The notes under the pieces were generated by a model. The model did not search any database and was not told the origin of the DNA. It saw only the letters and a program-made list of their open reading frames with translations. The position numbers were made by a program, and so were the translations under genes. A DNA stretch of 64,000 nt from an uncultured Alphaproteobacteria bacterium (GTDB lineage Bacteria > Pseudomonadota > Alphaproteobacteria > RF32 > CAG-239), in NCBI GenBank assembly GCA_949297145.1, contig CASFQO010000002.1:250804-314803 (forward strand), in the 5' to 3' direction. How positions within the stretch are numbered: the stretch's first letter is position 1; each line of letters begins with the position of its first letter. Positions 59,730 to 64,000 of the stretch are shown here, piece by piece.

Positions 59730-60551
59730 ATGATACATCCTTCTGCAGTTGTTGAAGACGGCGCACAAATTGATGAAACCGCTGAAATTGGACCATTCTG
59801 CTACATTTCTGGCCGCGCCAAAATCGGAGCACATAACAAATTGATTGCTCGCGTCACCATCTTAGGTGATACAACCTTAGGCGAAGGAAACGTCATATTT
59901 CCGGGCGCATGCTTAGGCGGCGGCCCGCAAGACCACGGCAATGAATTTCAACCGGATGCAAAGTTGGTAATCGGTTCACATAATGTGATAAGAGAAAACG
60001 TAACCATGCACGCCGGCACCCCGAAGGGGCAAAACCCGATAGCCGGCGAGCCGGTAGAAAAATTAATCACCCGCGTTGGCAGCAACGGCATGTTTATGGT
60101 CAATTCGCACATTGCGCATGACTGTGTTGTCGGCGATAATGTGATAATGACCAATAACGCGGTCATCGGCGGCCACGTACGCTTGGAAGACGGGGTTATC
60201 TTGGGCGGCAACTCAGCGGTACACCAATTCTGCCGCATTGGGCGCAAGACCATGGTTGGCGGCATGACCGGTATCGGCCGTGATGTTATTCCGTTTGCAA
60301 TTGTCACCGGCGACAGAGGCAAATTAAGAGGTTTGAACTTGGTCGGCTTAAGAAGAAGCGGCTATGATGAACACACCATCAAATCCGTCACCCGCGCTTA
60401 TATGTATATTTTCAAGTCAAACGACGGTACGTTTGAAGAAAGAGTTGCCAAAGCCAAAGAAAAATATGCCGACAACAGCATGGTTCAAGAACAAATTAAA
60501 TTTATTGAAGAAGCTATGCACAGCCGCCGTCAGGTTTTAGTTGCGGAATAA
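59730..60551 (+). CDS. lpxA: acyl-ACP--UDP-N-acetylglucosamine O-acyltransferase
   Basis: Start at ATG 59730 with a GGAGA RBS. Hexapeptide-repeat region and the LpxA core NSHIAHDCVVGDNVIMTNNAVIGGHV...AVHQFCRIG...VGGMTGIGRDVIPF. The upstream 44 codons of the ORF-track ORF are probably not translated. Confidence 0.93.
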   Translation: MIHPSAVVEDGAQIDETAEIGPFCYISGRAKIGAHNKLIARVTILGDTTLGEGNVIFPGACLGGGPQDHGNEFQPDAKLVIGSHNVIRENVTMHAGTPKGQNPIAGEPVEKLITRVGSNGMFMVNSHIAHDCVVGDNVIMTNNAVIGGHVRLEDGVILGGNSAVHQFCRIGRKTMVGGMTGIGRDVIPFAIVTGDRGKLRGLNLVGLRRSGYDEHTIKSVTRAYMYIFKSNDGTFEERVAKAKEKYADNSMVQEQIKFIEEAMHSRRQVLVAE

Positions 60552-60643
60552 TAAAAAGCGACATTATAATATCCCCCAGAAAATCATCTGGGGGATTTTT
60601 TTTTATGTGAGAGAAAATTTCCCAAGAAAGATAAGGAGCCAAA

Positions 60644-61585
60644 ATGAACAAACGCCTGCTGACACTTATCATCTTCGGCCTTGTTGTGATGACGGGCATC
60701 ATCGGGGTATACGCTTACCAACATCAAACCTTGACCATCAAACAAGAACTTACGCCTCTAAATCAAGATAAAACCACCACCATATTTGCCGCCTACTCAG
60801 CCGATGGCAGCGTTTCAGACTACGTTCTAACCTATCTCAAGGCGCTCAAAGAAGTCTCGCCAAACATAATTTTCATCACCGATAATAAGATACAAAGAAG
60901 AGAGATAAAAAGGCTTGCACCATATATAAACCAAATCATCGCCGAACGACATGGCGAATATGATTGGGGCTCGTTTAAGCGTGGCCTTGAGATATTAAAA
61001 CAACAAGGCTGGCTCAACCATCCCGAAGCGACCTCAAAAGAAGAACCGTTATTGATATTTGCCAATGATTCCAGTTTATTGGTCGCCCCGACGCTCAAAC
61101 CGATTTTTCAAGAAATGCAAACAAGAAAAGCCGATTTTTGGGGCATAACTGCCAACCAAGACGGGATGTATCATCTGCAAAGTTACTTTTTGGTATTCAC
61201 GCCCAAAGTATATCAAAGCATAGAGTTTTATGGGTTTCTACAAGCCGTTAAAGCTGAAAAAGACGGCCTGACCGTGGCCTATCGTTATGAAGTTCCTTTC
61301 ACCGGATTTTTAGAAAATTTAGGTTACAAATCCGCCGCCTATATTCCGTATGAAGAATTGAGTTATTTACCTCTAAACGACAAAAACTGTTATCCGCTGG
61401 CTTTGTTAGGCAAACACCATGCGCCGTTTTTGAAAATGCGCACGTTTACGGATAGATTAAACGTACAAGACGCGCGCCGTTTAGTTTTCCATTGGTTAAA
61501 TGAGCACAATCCGAAAGCCTATAAAGAATTGGTCGCCCACTTAAAAAAGATAAATTCACCCTATCTTAAGGAGGCAAGAGAATGA
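60644..61585 (+). CDS. membrane-anchored polysaccharide-biosynthesis protein (RgpF-like glycosyltransferase, tentative)
   Basis: N-terminal TM anchor. Motifs GEYDWGSFKRG, IFANDS and HLQSYFLVF are shared with the next gene. The family assignment is from memory and is uncertain. Confidence 0.5.
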   Translation: MNKRLLTLIIFGLVVMTGIIGVYAYQHQTLTIKQELTPLNQDKTTTIFAAYSADGSVSDYVLTYLKALKEVSPNIIFITDNKIQRREIKRLAPYINQIIAERHGEYDWGSFKRGLEILKQQGWLNHPEATSKEEPLLIFANDSSLLVAPTLKPIFQEMQTRKADFWGITANQDGMYHLQSYFLVFTPKVYQSIEFYGFLQAVKAEKDGLTVAYRYEVPFTGFLENLGYKSAAYIPYEELSYLPLNDKNCYPLALLGKHHAPFLKMRTFTDRLNVQDARRLVFHWLNEHNPKAYKELVAHLKKINSPYLKEARE

Positions 61586-62517
61586 AAGTCACCCCGACTT
61601 TAAGCAAAATTAGATTAGCACGCATCAAAACACTGCTCAGCAACAGCGCCGATAAAATCAGTTGGAAAAGCATTTTGATTATAGGCGTTTTAGTAATATT
61701 AACCCTAAGCTCACTTTGTTATGTAACCCCCTGCCCGAAAAGATATGTGGTTTTTGCCGGCTATAACGCCGATGGCGAGTTAGCCCCGTATGTGAAGAGA
61801 TATATCAAAAAATTAAATGAAATCAGCAGCGGCGTGGTCTACATCACCGACAGCCCTTTAAGCGAACAAGCCCAAAAGGAAATCGCCCCTTATGTGCTGC
61901 ATGGCGAATATCAACGACACGGCGAATATGATTGGGGCTCATATAAACGAGGGTACGAATGGTTAAAAACCAATCATATGCTTGAAAACGCGGATGAGCT
62001 GATTTTTGCCAACGATTCCTGCTATGCGCCGTTACAAAGTTTTCGCCCGATGTTTAAGAAGATGCGCCATATCGGGGTAGACTTTTGGGGAAACACGCAA
62101 AATCAGAAGTTTAATCAACATTTGCAAAGTTATTTCTTAGTCTTTCGCCATCCGGTTATCAAGTCCAAAACGTTCGCAACGTTTATGAACAATATCAAAA
62201 AACAACCCGACCACTCGCTCTATATTACCGAATATGAAATAAAACTAACCCCGATGTTAGAAAATTTGGGTTATACATGGGTTAGTTATATTCCGGATTT
62301 CAGCAGTGAGCAAGCCAAGCTTGGCAAATCCGAAGATCCGAATTCATACCCGCTGACGCTGATAAAGGAATATCATAATCAATTCTTAAAACGCCGCACG
62401 TTTACGGAAAAATTGCCGATAGAAGAAGATAAAAAAGCCCTTTTGAGCTATTTGCAACAACACGCTCCCACCACTTATAACAACATAAAAGCGGATTTTC
62501 CGAACGCTATACGTTAA
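61582..62517 (+). CDS. paralog of 60644-61585 (RgpF-like, tentative)
   Basis: ATGA start/stop overlap with the upstream gene. Same motifs: GEYDWGSYKRG, IFANDS, HLQSYFLVF. Confidence 0.5.
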   Translation: MKVTPTLSKIRLARIKTLLSNSADKISWKSILIIGVLVILTLSSLCYVTPCPKRYVVFAGYNADGELAPYVKRYIKKLNEISSGVVYITDSPLSEQAQKEIAPYVLHGEYQRHGEYDWGSYKRGYEWLKTNHMLENADELIFANDSCYAPLQSFRPMFKKMRHIGVDFWGNTQNQKFNQHLQSYFLVFRHPVIKSKTFATFMNNIKKQPDHSLYITEYEIKLTPMLENLGYTWVSYIPDFSSEQAKLGKSEDPNSYPLTLIKEYHNQFLKRRTFTEKLPIEEDKKALLSYLQQHAPTTYNNIKADFPNAIR

Positions 62518-62551
62518 ACACTATATAAAAACCTCATCGGAGAATTTAAGT

Positions 62552-63637
62552 ATGCCTCGTCCAACCAAAGCCCCCGCCCCTTCAAATGATATAAATAAAG
62601 CCACACCCCACCGCGCCGTGTTAAAATCTCTAAACGGCATCAAAGCGCTGGCGGTTATCGGCGTTATTTTCGGCCACATGAATTTTGGCGGCAGCTGGGA
62701 TATGTGCGCCCGCATGGTGGAAATATTGTTTATTCTATCGGGCTTTTGCATGGCGTATAATCATTATCAAGATAGCGCAAAAGAACCGGAAAAGACCGGC
62801 TGGGAAATTGTCAAAAGCAAATTACCGAAGTTTTATCCGGTGCACGTGACGACGTTTCTCTTACAAGTTTTGTTTGTACCAACCTGGGCGATGAAGAGTA
62901 TGGGGTTTATTTTGGTGTTTGGCGCATTGAATTTAAGTTTGCAACAAGCGTGGTTTCAAAAGACGCAATTTATGTTTAACAATGTGTCGTGGTTTTTGAG
63001 CTCGCTGATATTTTGCTATTTCATCACCCCGAGTTTAAAGAAGTTATGCCGTTATAGTGAAGAAAGAGGCAAATTGTGGTTATGTTTTTTAAGCCTGTTA
63101 GGGATTAGGATATATCTGGAATATACCATCTTGAACTACCCGATGTATGTGTTTATGGATTTACACACCAACCCGATAATTCAGAGTTTGAATTATGCAC
63201 TAGGTTTTATCACCGGTATATATTTCATCCGCCCCACGCATATAAATCGCTATTTAAGCACTCAAAGCGATAGATCAGAGATGAGTGTGTTAGAATGTGT
63301 GTTTATCGGTGTGTATGCTAGTTTTTGTTATAGTTTTGGCGTGGAGTTATACCGTATTTTTTATGTCGTGCTGGCATTACCGATAATTTATCTCTTAGGA
63401 TTCGGCAACGGTTTGATAAGCCGTCTGTTGAGTATTAAGCCGCTCATGTGGTTTGAAAAAATAAATTTGGAGTTATTTATGTTCCACTCGTTTATTTTGT
63501 ATCATCTGCCGGTAGAGAGCGGGAATATAGGGTATTATGTCAAATTCTGGCTGATAAGCATCATGGTAGCCCTAGGGTTTAAGATGATATGGAATAAGAC
63601 GACAAATTACATCGGCGCCCACCGCCGCGCAGAGTAG
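62552..63637 (+). CDS. acyltransferase family 3 (OafA-like) membrane protein
   Basis: N-terminal motif LNGIKALAVIGVIFGHM and about 10 hydrophobic helices. It lies next to polysaccharide-biosynthesis genes. Confidence 0.75.
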   Translation: MPRPTKAPAPSNDINKATPHRAVLKSLNGIKALAVIGVIFGHMNFGGSWDMCARMVEILFILSGFCMAYNHYQDSAKEPEKTGWEIVKSKLPKFYPVHVTTFLLQVLFVPTWAMKSMGFILVFGALNLSLQQAWFQKTQFMFNNVSWFLSSLIFCYFITPSLKKLCRYSEERGKLWLCFLSLLGIRIYLEYTILNYPMYVFMDLHTNPIIQSLNYALGFITGIYFIRPTHINRYLSTQSDRSEMSVLECVFIGVYASFCYSFGVELYRIFYVVLALPIIYLLGFGNGLISRLLSIKPLMWFEKINLELFMFHSFILYHLPVESGNIGYYVKFWLISIMVALGFKMIWNKTTNYIGAHRRAE

Positions 63638-63711
63638 CAGAGTAATGAGATAAAAGGATAATAAAATAAACAAGAAAAAACAAAAAAGGTGGATAAAGGC
63701 AAAAAATTTTC

Positions 63712-63740
63712 TTGACTGAAAAGAATAACTATCCTAAAAA
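63712..63740 (+). promoter_or_regulatory. sigma70-type promoter candidate for the CAU tRNA
   Basis: TTGACT (63712-63717), 17 nt spacer, TAAAAA (63735-63740), 10 nt before the tRNA 5' end. Confidence 0.5.
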
Positions 63741-63750
63741 GGACGGCGAC

Positions 63751-63827
63751 GGGTCCTTAGCTCAGTTGGTTAGAGCCGGCCGCTCATAACGGTCTGGTCG
63801 TAGGTTCGAGTCCTACAGGACCCACCA
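63751..63827 (+). tRNA. tRNA with CAU anticodon, elongator type (Met, or Ile2 if lysidine-modified), CCA encoded
   Basis: Manual cloverleaf. Acceptor GGGTCCT/AGGACCC with G1-C72 paired, anticodon stem GGCCG/CGGTC, loop CTCATAA. It lacks the three G-C pairs typical of initiator tRNA. Length 77 nt. Confidence 0.9.
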
Positions 63828-63840
63828 GTTAAAATAAAAA

Positions 63841-63866
63841 AGCGGGGTATTATCCCTGCTTTTTTG
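63841..63866. terminator. terminator hairpin after the CAU tRNA (usable in both directions)
   Basis: AGCGGGG / CCCTGCT stem with a T6 run on plus and an A-run upstream, which reads as a U-run on minus. Confidence 0.7.
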
Positions 63867-64000
63867 TTTTAAATAAGGATTTATTTAGGGCTCGAACCGG
63901 AGAGTAGGTTCGACTACCAGCATAAGGCAGACGGAAGTATGCCGGTAAGCCGAAGGCTTATATGCGCCTGTGCGGCCGAGGCTTAAAAAGCCGAAGGTCA

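Noticed and set aside
63880-64000. The terminal structured segment considered as RNase P RNA or SRP RNA.
   Set aside because: The hallmark GAGGAAAGUCC (RNase P) and GGAA-loop/AGCA (SRP domain IV) motifs are not present in either orientation within the visible 120 nt. The GGCUUAC resemblance is explained by a local hairpin.

Overview
AT-rich chromosomal segment of a Gram-negative bacterium. Housekeeping genes present: dnaG (partial), rpoD, rpsF-rpsR-rplI, ybaK, hsp20, lolA, prfB with its +1 frameshift, an AmpD-like amidase, uvrA, gltX and lpxA. The RpoD/DnaG architecture looks alphaproteobacterium-like, but that is a weak inference. These genes are interspersed with many ORFan secreted, lipoprotein and membrane proteins. 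There are three tRNAs: Glu-UUC, Gly-CCC and a CAU-anticodon Met/Ile2 type. I saw no rRNA, CRISPR array, transposase or integrase. Notable content: (1) A ~19.3 kb single-strand phage-derived morphogenesis block (22.2-41.55 kb) encodes TerS, TerL, portal, scaffold, capsid, adaptor/nozzle-like proteins and three large internal/ejection-like proteins, one a 1693-aa HExxH protein. It has no recognisable lysogeny, replication or lysis module. It carries two copies of a conserved promoter core, each followed at once by strand-specific intrinsic terminators, which suggests antitermination-type control and a possible domesticated particle or GTA-like element. (2) Two tandem ~220-228 bp structured modules lie downstream of tRNA-Glu. 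Each carries tRNA-Glu fragments and its own terminator. (3) Two tandem ~0.4 kb candidate ncRNA genes lie between dnaG and rpoD, with six hairpins all capped by UUUGUGAAAA. (4) A bacterial serum-amyloid-A-like protein sits next to a small membrane partner. (5) Two paralogous 41-residue-repeat proteins flank prfB-ampD, one interrupted by an A7-tract frameshift. All calls rest on reading the sequence and on remembered family motifs; no database search was run.
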